In this document: positions 1-9,900 of the stretch, piece after piece
How the letters are laid out: each line of letters opens with the position of its first letter
Position numbering within the stretch: the stretch's first letter is position 1
NCBI GenBank assembly: GCA_016744275.1
Contig: JADGEP010000001.1
Coordinates: forward strand, 1-50,111
Source: Candidatus Krumholzibacteriia bacterium
Lineage (GTDB): Bacteria; Krumholzibacteriota; Krumholzibacteriia; LZORAL124-64-63
Direction: 5' to 3'
DNA: 50,111 nt
Notes under the pieces: model-generated
What the model was told of the DNA's origin: nothing
Databases searched by the model: none
What the model saw: the letters and a program-made list of their open reading frames with translations, nothing else
Translations under genes and position numbers: made by a program

Positions 1-264
1 CCAGTGCCCAACGAGACCACGCCACAGGCGCAACCTCAACAAGTACGAACCATCAACACGCAGACATGGGTCATGACAAGAATGCGGAAGTGTTCATAAG
101 ATTTTACGCCGCCAACCATCCGAAACCCGAACAGTCCAAGCAGGCAATACTGGTCCTCTAAAAATCGTGCTCAATCAAAGATGCAATATGAAGACAACCA
201 CACCGTACCAGAAAAACACAAACAAGACAAGATATGTTTTGTTTAGCTCAAAACAATCGGCTCA

Positions 265-291
265 GGCCAGCCCAGCACCACCAGGCCGGCC
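265..291 (-). terminator. Possible terminator hairpin downstream of the LVIVD-repeat gene
   Basis: GGCCAGCC-N11-GGCCGGCC imperfect inverted repeat, followed on the minus strand by a T-rich stretch (ttgtttt). Confidence 0.3.
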
Positions 292-300
292 CCAAAACCC

Positions 301-3300
301 TCACTTAACCAACACCATCCTCCTCGTCTCAAATTCCCTCCCAGCCTCCAACCGATAAAAATACGTACCAGAAGACAACGCCCGCCCCGAATCATCCCGC
401 CCCTGCCAAATCCTCTCATGCCGACCCTGACCCAACACCTCACCACCAACCAAAGTCCTCACCAAATGCCCCGCAACATCAAACACCTGCAGCCTCACTG
501 TCTCCTGCCGAGGCAACTCAAAAGCGATCGTCGTCTGCGGGTTGAACGGATTCGGCACCGCCCCTTGCAACGCAAAAACACCGGCGCCCCCTGCCCCAGG
601 AACATCACTCGCATTAACAACCACCCCCGCCTCACTCTCATTCCCCGCAAAATCCACAGCCGTGATTTTATAGACGTATCCCCAGGGGTCGTTGACCGGA
701 TCCGTCCAGGCCGAGACCGCCACCTGGTGCACCAGATTTTCCGGCGAGGGCACAAACCCTTCCTGGGTGTCGCGGTAAATGCGGTAGTACTGGAAGTCCG
801 GCTCTGTTGCGTCGTCCCAGTTCAGGTCCACGTGGCCCGGATGGTATCCGGCCAGGATGGAGGTGGGCACGCCGGGTTCGCGGTTGTCCACGGAATAACC
901 GCTGTCTGGGGGCGACCTGAAAAACACGCCAGGAGTTGCCGTCAGGGCGATGACCTGGAAGGTGCTGAAATTTTGGCCACCGGCGATGGTGGAGTCAGCC
1001 ACCGTCGGCACCACCACCGAATAGTTGTCCTGCACCAGCACCGGCGCCGAGGTGATGAAATCCCAGCCGCTGGTTTGCATGAGCTTGGCGTTTGCCTGCA
1101 CTAGCGGACTCAGGCCAGAATATCCGGCAGCATCGCGGGCCTTACCAGCGCTGGCGGTCGAGGCGTCGAACTGGCGGTAAACGGCGTACTCTACGATTTG
1201 CATTTCGTCGTCTATAAAATCATGACCACTGCGCATCCACTGCAAACGCACTTCGCCACCCTGATCATCCGGCATGTCGGATATGGATTGGATGAAGGCG
1301 GAATCTGACAGCCATTCGAGTGACAGATTGTTGATCGCGGTTCCTTCAGGGTGCCAATCCAATTGGACACCCCAGCTGAAACGGGTGCCGAGCAGGTTGT
1401 TTTTTCTCCAACCCCCGTTAGGGGAAAAGCCGGCCGATTCCATAAATTCACTGGTCAGAAAGAAAGAACCAGAACCGCTTCCGGCATGCGTGAATCGGAA
1501 ACGAACGATGGGGTTTTGGTCAAAATCCATCAGTAGCGACTGACCAATGTTGCCGACATCATTGACGTCACCCTGAAACGCCTGGGCAATCTCAAGCCCG
1601 GACGTTGCCGAAGATCCGGCCAAATCTGCGGTCAGGTAAATCAAATCACCATCAATACAAATGCCGTTGGCCACAGCACTGGTGCGATAAAAACCAATGG
1701 TGGAAATGTTTGTGGGGTCGGAAATGTCGTAGGCGTGGATTCCCAGGTAGTCAAAGGTGGAAAAAACGGTGTTGCCCATCACGGCCACATCATGGATCTC
1801 GGCATCGCCGGTGTAGTACAAGCCCAACCTGACGGGCGCGAGGGGATTGCTAACATCAACCACCTCAACCGTATCTTGAGTTCCCACGATAGCAACATCG
1901 CCCTCGACAGATACGCAGAAGGCCGGGCTGGCAGAAGAGTACAAGGCCACTTCAACCACATGCGTCGGGTCAGAAATGTTGAAGACCCGCATCCCGACGC
2001 TGCCATATGAGACGTAGGCATCGTTGCCAGACACTGCGACATCGGTGGCTTCACCCGCAGGCTTTCGTGAGGTCACCAGATAGGCGCCCACCTCTGATTC
2101 GATATCATAGACCTGGAGGCCATCGACCCCAGCGGCGAGGTAAAGGTAGTTGCCCTCGATGCACAAGTTTTCGGCATCGCCCTGCGTGATCACGCCCGCA
2201 CGCACGACGGGAGAACCCGGCACCGAGACATCAAACACCTGCAGGCCATAGGTTCCACTGCACGCCAAAAAGGCCCAATTGCCAGACACAGCGACCGCGT
2301 TTGCCGCGCCGTTGGAAGAGGCCGTGCCCACCAACACGGGGTCAAAACGATCAGAGACATCCACCACTTTGAGCCCCGAAGTGCCGTCGGCAACAAAGGC
2401 ATGGTTGCCGTCTACAAAAACACCGCTGGCCCGGCCCGAGGTCGCCACTTCGCCGGTCATTTCCGGGTCCATGAGATCGGCAACCTTGAGCACCTCCAGG
2501 CCCGATCCATAAACCGCCACAAAGATGTTTTCACCGACTGCGGCAACATCGTAGGCATGGCCAGCTGTATCGTGGGTGTACAAAATGGTGGGGTTGGTGG
2601 GCTCAGAAATATCGATGACCTGAACCCCGATCGTCTCGAGGGCCCAATAGAGTTTATCACCATTGATTTCCAGGCCGCGAGATGCGCCCGGTTCCGGTAT
2701 CGTGAGCCAGTGAACCGGGTCATTGGGGTCAGAGATATCAAAAACCATCATCCCGTTGCCCTGATCCAGGACATAGGCCACGTCGCCGGCAACGACCACC
2801 CGAGAGGTGTAACCCGGAGTATCATATTTGCCAACTTGGCTGGGATTGCTGGGGTCAGAGATGTCGTAAACAATCAGACCCAAATCTCCACAGGCCACAT
2901 AGGCAAGATGGCCACTGATGTGAGTTTGCCTGAACGCCGCTTCGGTATCGTGCAGGGAATGCAGCAAGACCGGCGCAATGGGATTTGAGATGTCGAAAAA
3001 TTCCAGGTAGGCGCCTTCGCCCACAATGGCCAGATCGCCTTCGACGGCCAGACCCAGCGCCACGTTCGAGGTTGGTGAATTGCCCACGATGGTGGGGTTG
3101 GTGGGATCCGTCACATCGGCTACCTGAAAACCGCCGCCGTGATCAGCAATGTACGCGTAGTTGCCTTCGACCTGAACCTGATACGAATATCCGATGGTAT
3201 TGGCGTTGCCCACAAGAATGGGGTTCGAGGCGTCGCTGACATCGACGACTTGCATGCCGGAATAGCCATCGGCCAGATAGAGGTAGTGCCCGTTTAAAAA

Positions 3301-3528
3301 GGCACTCCGGCAGACGCCGGGCGTATCCAGAGTAGCCAGGGTGGTTCTTTCGTAGGGAAACAATTTCAGCTGGCCCACGCTCGTATTCCAATCGGCGGTG
3401 GTCGCCCCAGCATCACGGTTGGTGGTGGTGCTGAAATCTTCGCTGATGCTGAATTGAGCCGTGGCCGGGCTCACAATCAAGGCCAACAATCCGATAATCA
3501 ACCACGCCAAATGGGTATTCTTCTGCAT
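301..3528 (-). CDS. Secreted LVIVD-repeat (beta-propeller) protein with Fn3-like segment and C-terminal FlgD-Ig-like/T9SS-type sorting domain
   Basis: 1075-aa ORF. Signal peptide MQKNTHLAWLIIGLLALIVSPATAQ. Long array of ~45-aa repeats such as GNYAYIADHGGGFQVADVTDPTNPTIVG and GDVAYVLDQGNGMMVFDISDPNDP (LVIVD-repeat pattern). Fn3-like HVDLNWDDATEPDFQYYRIYR. C-terminal NPFNPQTTIAFELP...GTYFYRLEAG...MVLVK. Confidence 0.8.
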   Translation of the reverse strand: MQKNTHLAWLIIGLLALIVSPATAQFSISEDFSTTTNRDAGATTADWNTSVGQLKLFPYERTTLATLDTPGVCRSAFLNGHYLYLADGYSGMQVVDVSDASNPILVGNANTIGYSYQVQVEGNYAYIADHGGGFQVADVTDPTNPTIVGNSPTSNVALGLAVEGDLAIVGEGAYLEFFDISNPIAPVLLHSLHDTEAAFRQTHISGHLAYVACGDLGLIVYDISDPSNPSQVGKYDTPGYTSRVVVAGDVAYVLDQGNGMMVFDISDPNDPVHWLTIPEPGASRGLEINGDKLYWALETIGVQVIDISEPTNPTILYTHDTAGHAYDVAAVGENIFVAVYGSGLEVLKVADLMDPEMTGEVATSGRASGVFVDGNHAFVADGTSGLKVVDVSDRFDPVLVGTASSNGAANAVAVSGNWAFLACSGTYGLQVFDVSVPGSPVVRAGVITQGDAENLCIEGNYLYLAAGVDGLQVYDIESEVGAYLVTSRKPAGEATDVAVSGNDAYVSYGSVGMRVFNISDPTHVVEVALYSSASPAFCVSVEGDVAIVGTQDTVEVVDVSNPLAPVRLGLYYTGDAEIHDVAVMGNTVFSTFDYLGIHAYDISDPTNISTIGFYRTSAVANGICIDGDLIYLTADLAGSSATSGLEIAQAFQGDVNDVGNIGQSLLMDFDQNPIVRFRFTHAGSGSGSFFLTSEFMESAGFSPNGGWRKNNLLGTRFSWGVQLDWHPEGTAINNLSLEWLSDSAFIQSISDMPDDQGGEVRLQWMRSGHDFIDDEMQIVEYAVYRQFDASTASAGKARDAAGYSGLSPLVQANAKLMQTSGWDFITSAPVLVQDNYSVVVPTVADSTIAGGQNFSTFQVIALTATPGVFFRSPPDSGYSVDNREPGVPTSILAGYHPGHVDLNWDDATEPDFQYYRIYRDTQEGFVPSPENLVHQVAVSAWTDPVNDPWGYVYKITAVDFAGNESEAGVVVNASDVPGAGGAGVFALQGAVPNPFNPQTTIAFELPRQETVRLQVFDVAGHLVRTLVGGEVLGQGRHERIWQGRDDSGRALSSGTYFYRLEAGREFETRRMVLVK

Positions 3529-3742
3529 TTACATGCCTTTCAGGGCTTCTGTTGCGCAAAACCAGCCGGAAATCGCTTGGGTCGTGGAGGGGTTGTTTGG
3601 CGGAAATTGTTTTCTCCCCCTTTTTATTGTTTTTTTGTTGTTTTTGCTGAAAACCAGGCGTCAAAACGGTTATCATGCAAAATAGGCCAAGCCATCGCTT
3701 TTGATGACCAGATCTGCTTGGCCAAAAATCTTTACCGGGGGA

Positions 3743-6700
3743 ATGTTCATCATGTTGCACATATCGAAATCCATCAGCCTGAGCTGTTTATTCCTTTTGG
3801 CGCTCGCTATTCCAGCGGCTGCCCAAGACCAAGTTGGAATCTTCTGGGACACGGACCACTCCCAAACCACCCTCACCCTCGACTCCGCCCCAGGCAACGC
3901 CACCGGCTATGTCGTCATCACCGACCCATCGGTCGCCGGCGGCATCGTCGGCTGGGAACTCTGTGTCGAAAAAACCGGCGGCGGCTTCATTCATTCCTGG
4001 GACATCGCCGGCCAGGCCATCAATCTCGAATCCGAGCCCTGTTTTTCTGTCGCCCTCAGTGAGCCTTTGTTGCCCACCGGCAATACCATCCTGCTGGCCA
4101 CCTTTCAGACGTACATGAGCACCGGCGAGCCGGCGCTGTTCAACCTCAGTCACATTCCGTCGCCTCAGGGTGGGCACATGTCCTACGTGCCGGCTGCCGA
4201 TACGCGTTACCCCATTCCACTGACCACCGCTTCTTACCCTGTTGCCCAACTGTTGACCGACGCCGCCTGGGCCATCTACAGCACCGACGTTCTTGACTTC
4301 GAATCTCGCCCCACCGGTGGCCCGGCCGTGATGAGCGTTGTGGTCGAAAACAGCGGCGGCAGTGATCTGGAATTGGACATCGGCCTTTCGCCGGATTGCG
4401 CCGGGTTTTCCCTCGACACGGTATCCGGATTAGTGACCGTGCCGGCTGGTGCATCGCTCACCGTGCCGGTCACTTTCACGCCCCTGACCCATGAGCCGTA
4501 CGCCTGTGCCCTTTCGTTTGGGGGCATCGAGCCCACCATCCCGCTGCTCGGATCCGGCCGCGAACCGAACTACCAATATGTCCTTTATACCGACCGCGAC
4601 TTTGGCGAATTGTTTGTTGGCGATACGCGCGACATGGAAGTCGTGATCCGCAATACGGGCGTCGACCCCATTCCCCTGGTGCCCGAATTGCTGGCCTGCG
4701 GCGACGACTTCACCATCGTTTCGGGCGGCGAAGCGTTCTCCCTGGCGCGGTGGGAATCCCATTCGGTTTTTGTGCGCTTCCAGCCCGCCGCCGAAGACTC
4801 TTTTGCCTGCGCCCTGTCCTTCGGCGGTCACATCGATCAGGTCGGATTGTTCGGCACCGCCCGCGCCAGTGGGCTCTATTACGACATCCCGGCTGAAGTT
4901 GTCTATGGCCAACGCGAAGCTGGTCTCTACCTCGATCGCACCATTTATGTGCGGAACACCGGCAACGTGGCCTTCACCCTCACCCCGGAGTTGGTCGGCT
5001 GTGGCGATGAGTTCGCCATCACCTACGGCGGCCAGGTGGGCACGTTGGTGCCCGGCTACACGCGTCAAATCCGGGTCCGTTTCCAACCCGGTACTGCGGG
5101 CGATTTTGCGTGCGCCCTGGGCCTGGGCACGCTCCTGCCAGACGTTCAACTTTTGGGCACCGGCACGCCGCCAACACCAAGATGGAGCATCCGCCCACAA
5201 GACGTTTATTTCCAGCCCACCACCGTGGGTGAAGAAGCCGGAGCCATCATCCTGATCGACAATACGGGCATCATCGACATTGATCTTGACGTGCAACTGG
5301 CGACCGCCGAGACCGCCTTCACCATCGTTGAGGGTGCCGGATTGGTGAATCTGGGGGCTTCCGACAATCATCTGGTCCAGCTCCGCTTCCAACCCGAACA
5401 CCCTGGGGCTTTTTCCGGATCCCTCAACCTTGGCGCGACCATACCTCCTGTTGGTATCAGCGGCACCGCGGTCGCCCCGCTCGACTCTTGCGAGGTCTCG
5501 GTCTCTGAGTTGGATTTCGTCAATGCCCTGGTCGACGTGCCTGTGGAAAGAACCTTCACCGTTCGCAATCGCGGCAATCTACCACTGACCGTGACTCCCG
5601 TTTCCGATTCCCCACTATTCACCATCAGCAACGCGCCGTTCACCCTGCAGCCCGGTTCCAACCGCGCCGTTTATGTGACCTTCACCGGCGCCGAAGTGGG
5701 CACCTACGTAGCCACCATCAATCTGGGCAATGAGGTTTGCACCGACGTGATCTGTTCCGTGACTGTCATCCCGCCCATCGATCCAGGCCCCGATGCCATC
5801 GGCCTCTTTTTTGACGAGGGGTTGTCGGTCAACGAAGCCTACCCAACAGTCGGGACGATCTTCGATGCCTATCTCGTATTGTTCAACCCCTCCGACCCCT
5901 CACCCATTGCCGGGTGGGAGTGTTCGCTGGAACACGAAGGCCAGATCTTCATTCTGAGCGAGGATTATGGCGGCCCAGCCATCAACATCGGCAACCGGCC
6001 GGATTACATTGTCAGCTACGCGTCGCCGCTGCCCTCTGCTTCGGCGAACAAACTCCTCTCTTTCAAGATGCTGGCATTTAATCCCGACGAATCCATTCAT
6101 TTCAGCTTGAGCCCATTAACGGTTCCCAGCATTCCCGACCAAATGTCCTGGATCACAGAAGAGCCGCGATCGTTTATCCAAATGCACACCACCACCGGCG
6201 TTCCCGAGGTCGCTACGGTATACGGCATGGCACCCGTAAGTCTCGAAGTGCCCACTCCGGTGATCAACCTCCAAGGCGCTCAAGTGCACCTGAGCTGGCC
6301 GGCGCCTCTGCAACCGGGCAGCACCTGCCACGTGTATCGGCGCACCGCAACCGAAGGGCCCAAACGGCTCACCGCCCAGCCTTTGAACGCCGGGGCCGGC
6401 ACTCTGACCTTCACTGACAACCCGGAAGGATTCGATGCCGGCACAACGCTCTTTTACAGCTACGCCGTCATCGTCGACGGCGCCGAACAGTCGCGCAGCC
6501 TGGAAGTTGAACACACCGTCAATACGCCACGGATTTTGACCTCGCGCCTTTTGCCAAACGTGCCCAACCCGTTCAACCCGATGACCAGAATCCGGTTTGA
6601 ACTGGCCCAAAGCAGCGAGGTTCAGGTTTCGGTATTTGATCTCACCGGGCGCTTGGTGAAAGTCCTGGAGAACGGCAACCTGGGCGCGGGGGAATACTCG

Positions 6701-6814
6701 CGCACCTGGCAAGGTCGCGATGAAAGCGGGCGGCCCGTGGCCAGTGGGGCGTATTACGTGCGGTTGGTGATGAACAACCAGGTGGACCACCAGAAGATCA
6801 TGCTGCTGAAGTAG
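3743..6814 (+). CDS. Giant secreted protein, paralogue 1: N-terminal unknown module, five Ig-like (ASH/HYDIN- or choice-of-anchor-D-like) repeats, second copy of the unknown module, Fn3-like segment, FlgD-Ig-like/T9SS-type C-terminal domain
   Basis: ORF 3701-6814. I prefer ATG 3743 (GGGGGA just upstream), which gives signal peptide MFIMLHISKSISLSCLFLLALAIPAAAQ. ~90-aa repeats, e.g. FGELFVGDTRDMEVVIRNTG...VRFQPAAEDSFACALSF. C-terminal NPFNPMTRIRFEL...GAYYVRL...IMLLK. Confidence 0.8.
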   Translation: MFIMLHISKSISLSCLFLLALAIPAAAQDQVGIFWDTDHSQTTLTLDSAPGNATGYVVITDPSVAGGIVGWELCVEKTGGGFIHSWDIAGQAINLESEPCFSVALSEPLLPTGNTILLATFQTYMSTGEPALFNLSHIPSPQGGHMSYVPAADTRYPIPLTTASYPVAQLLTDAAWAIYSTDVLDFESRPTGGPAVMSVVVENSGGSDLELDIGLSPDCAGFSLDTVSGLVTVPAGASLTVPVTFTPLTHEPYACALSFGGIEPTIPLLGSGREPNYQYVLYTDRDFGELFVGDTRDMEVVIRNTGVDPIPLVPELLACGDDFTIVSGGEAFSLARWESHSVFVRFQPAAEDSFACALSFGGHIDQVGLFGTARASGLYYDIPAEVVYGQREAGLYLDRTIYVRNTGNVAFTLTPELVGCGDEFAITYGGQVGTLVPGYTRQIRVRFQPGTAGDFACALGLGTLLPDVQLLGTGTPPTPRWSIRPQDVYFQPTTVGEEAGAIILIDNTGIIDIDLDVQLATAETAFTIVEGAGLVNLGASDNHLVQLRFQPEHPGAFSGSLNLGATIPPVGISGTAVAPLDSCEVSVSELDFVNALVDVPVERTFTVRNRGNLPLTVTPVSDSPLFTISNAPFTLQPGSNRAVYVTFTGAEVGTYVATINLGNEVCTDVICSVTVIPPIDPGPDAIGLFFDEGLSVNEAYPTVGTIFDAYLVLFNPSDPSPIAGWECSLEHEGQIFILSEDYGGPAINIGNRPDYIVSYASPLPSASANKLLSFKMLAFNPDESIHFSLSPLTVPSIPDQMSWITEEPRSFIQMHTTTGVPEVATVYGMAPVSLEVPTPVINLQGAQVHLSWPAPLQPGSTCHVYRRTATEGPKRLTAQPLNAGAGTLTFTDNPEGFDAGTTLFYSYAVIVDGAEQSRSLEVEHTVNTPRILTSRLLPNVPNPFNPMTRIRFELAQSSEVQVSVFDLTGRLVKVLENGNLGAGEYSRTWQGRDESGRPVASGAYYVRLVMNNQVDHQKIMLLK
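6227..6814 (+). repeat. Near-identical 3' block shared by the two tandem paralogues (copy 1)
   Basis: The last 195 codons differ from copy 2 at about 16 amino-acid positions by my manual count. The central Ig-like repeats of the same two genes are much more diverged. Confidence 0.85.
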
Positions 6815-6840
6815 ATCAGGACCGATTGAATTGCGGTTTA

Positions 6841-6875
6841 GGTGGGGCCTGAGAGTTTTCTCGGGCCCATCCACC
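6841..6875 (+). terminator. Possible terminator hairpin between the two paralogues
   Basis: ggtggggcc...gggcccatccacc imperfect stem, with a T-run (gatttttt) shortly after. Confidence 0.4.
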
Positions 6876-6892
6876 CCCTAAAAGATGATTTT

Positions 6893-6922
6893 TTGAATTG
6901 TGACCGCCAAATCCCGTATAAT
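6893..6922 (+). promoter_or_regulatory. Sigma70-like promoter for paralogue 2
   Basis: TTGAAT, an 18-nt spacer, then TATAAT, about 60 nt upstream of ATG 6985. Confidence 0.45.
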
Positions 6923-6984
6923 TGTGCCTATATCTGCTGATTGAAAATGATTACAGGGGGAAAGACCAACATGAATGTTTCGAA

Positions 6985-9900
6985 ATGTCGCATCGCTTTC
7001 CAAGCTGCTTGAAAGTGTTGTCACCCAGCCTACTCCCCACCCTCTGCTGCCTGTTTCTTCTGGTATTCACGGCTCCGGCCACTGCCCGGGATCAAATCGG
7101 CATCTACTGGGACAACGACTACACCCAAACCACGACGATCGTCGACCCTCTACCCGGCAGCGCCACCGGCTACCTCGTCATCACCGACCCTTCGGCTGAA
7201 GGCGGTATAGTGGGCTGGGATCTCTGTGTCGAAAAAACCGGCGGCGGCTTCATTTATTCATGGGATCTGGCCGGACAGGCCATCAATCTTGAATCCGAAC
7301 CCTGTTTTTCTGTGGCCCTCTCAGAGCCGCTTTTGCCCACCGGCAACGCCATCCTTTTGGCGACATTTCAGACCCTTGCAACCACCGGTGAACCGGCGGC
7401 TTTCTTTCTGAGTCCGCAGTCATTTCCACAATACGCGGAAATGTTCTACGTGCCGGCCTCCGACACGCGCTACCCCGTCGAACTCACCACCGCTACGGGT
7501 TCGGGTCCGGTTGCCCAGTTGTCGACCAACGCCCCCTGGGCCGTCTTGAACTCTGAGGTTATCGATTTCAGAGCCCGGGCTGTCAATCAAGAGTCGGTAG
7601 AGAGTATCATCGTCGAGAATATCGGCCGCAGCGACCTGGTATTGGACATCCAACTTTCCCAGGATTGTGTCGGTTTTTTCCTGCCCGGCATTTCTGGTCT
7701 GGTGACGGTGCCGACCGGCTCGTCAGTGACCATTCCGATCACATTTCTGCCCCTTGCCCATGAGTCTTACGCTTGCCGTCTCGACCTTGGCCCCTCGGCA
7801 CCCTCAGTTCCCCTCAATGGGACGGGCCGCAACCCCCTCTATCAATACACGCTGACCAGCGATCGCTATTTTGGCGAATTGTTCACCGGCAATTCATACG
7901 ACCTGGACGTCGTAATCGACAATACGGGCTTCGACGCGATCCCAATCGTCCCCTCTCTGCTGGGATGCGGTGATGATTTTGCGATCGTTTCAGGTGGCGA
8001 ACCAACGACAGTGAACCGCTGGGGGAGCCACACAATTGTCGTGCGCTTCCAACCCACAACAACGGACACTTTCACCTGCGCCCTTTCGTTCGGCGATGGC
8101 ATCGATCAGGTCGGATTGCGGGGAATCGGCCGCACCCCGGGCGCCTATTTTGACGCGCCGGAAGAGGTCGATTTTGGCGACCAGGAAGCCGGCCTCCACA
8201 CCGCCCGAACCGTGCGGGTCCAAAACACCGGCACGTCTGACTTCACCCTCTCACCAGCGCTCATCGGTTGCGGTGGCGATTTCGACATTTCCGACGGCGG
8301 TCATGTGGGCACCCTGGCTGCCGGCGACGACCGCATCATTTTGGTCCGATTCCAACCCGGCCGTGAAGGCGATTTTTCCTGCACCCTGTCCCTCGGTGAA
8401 GTTGTCACAGATGTGCACCTGTTTGGCCACGCCACACCGCCGCACCCCAGGTGGAGCGTGAACCCACCAGCATTGGATTTTTCTCCAACCCCAGAAGGCG
8501 AAACACGCGAGCTTCTGCTGCGAGTCACCAACACCGGCATCATCAACTTTGATATTGATGTGCAATTGACCGCCGCAGATCCCGAATTTGCCCTCATTGG
8601 GGGCGAAGGGTTGGCCACTCTTGAACCTTCGGTCGAACATCTGGTCCGCGTCCGTTTTCAGCCCAACAGTTCTGAAGTGTTTTCGGGTGTCCTTGACCTC
8701 GGCCCACTCGTACCTTCGGTGAATATTTCAGGCACCAGTTACATCCCCATCGAATCCTGCCGCACGTCAGAATCGGAACTGGGTTTTGGCAATACCGTCA
8801 TTTCGACGCCGGCCGTAGAATCGTTTTTCGTCCGCAACGATGGCAACCACCCGCTGCCCATATCTCCGGTTTCAGACTCTCCCCGATTCACCGTCAGCAC
8901 CGCCCCATTCACCTTGCAACCCGGCACCAACAGGGCGATCGAAGTCACGTTCGCGGGCGCTGAGCAGGGCTTTTTCGACGCCACCATTAACCTCGGCAAT
9001 GAGGTCTGTCCCGAGGTCTACTGCCATGGTTCCATCATCCCACCCATCGACCCAGGTCCGGACGCCGTAGGCATCTTCTTTGATAACGGGTACACTGCCA
9101 ATGAGGCATACCCAGAGGTCAACGTGCCGTTTGACGCCCATCTCGTATTATTCAACCCGTCGGGTTCATCGGCAATTGCTGGTTGGGAAGCCAAACTGGA
9201 AATCGACGGTTATTTCTTCAGATTGTCGGAAACCTATCCCGCACCGTGGGTCAACGCCGGCACAAGCCCAGACTACGTTGTCGGATATGAAACGCCGCTG
9301 CCTCCGGCAACCGCAGTGAAGCTCGTCACATTTCTACTGTTGACGATTCAACGATCTGAAGTGCTCACATTCGCCCTGAGCCCGGTTTCTGATCCCATCG
9401 TTCCGGGGCAAATGTCATGGGTGATGGCAGACGATCAGGGTTTTGTCCGCATGAACACCACCACTGGAGAGCCGTTGGTCGCAACGACCCACACCATGGC
9501 ACCCGTCGGCCTCGAAGTGCCGACGCCGCTGCTCACCCAACAGGGTGCTCAAGTTCACCTGAGTTGGCCGGCGCCTCTGCAACCGGGCAGCACCTGCCAT
9601 GTGTACCGACGCACCGCAACCGAAGGGCCCGAACGGCTCACCGCCCAGCCTTTGAACGCCGGGGCCGGCACTCTGACCTTCACTGACAACCCGGAAGGTT
9701 TCGATACCGGCACAACGCTCTACTATAGCTACGCCGTCATCGTCGACGGCGCCGAACAGTCGCGTAGCCTGGAAGTGGAATTCACCTTTGAATCGCCGCG
9801 GGTTTTGACCTCGCGCCTATTGCCCAACGTGCCCAACCCGTTCAATCCGCTGACGCGGATCCGGTTTGAATTGGCCCAGAGCAGTGAAGTGCAGGTGTCG

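Noticed and set aside
1-300. A possible gene fragment or RNA gene at the left edge: frame 1 is open for about 33 codons up to a stop near position 99, and the sequence is A/C-rich.
   Set aside because: It is too short, and its translation (PVPNETTPQAQPQQVRTINTQ...) carries no recognisable motif. No ORF of 60 aa or more lies there, and I see no tRNA-like cloverleaf. I treat it as the 3' flank of the LVIVD gene.
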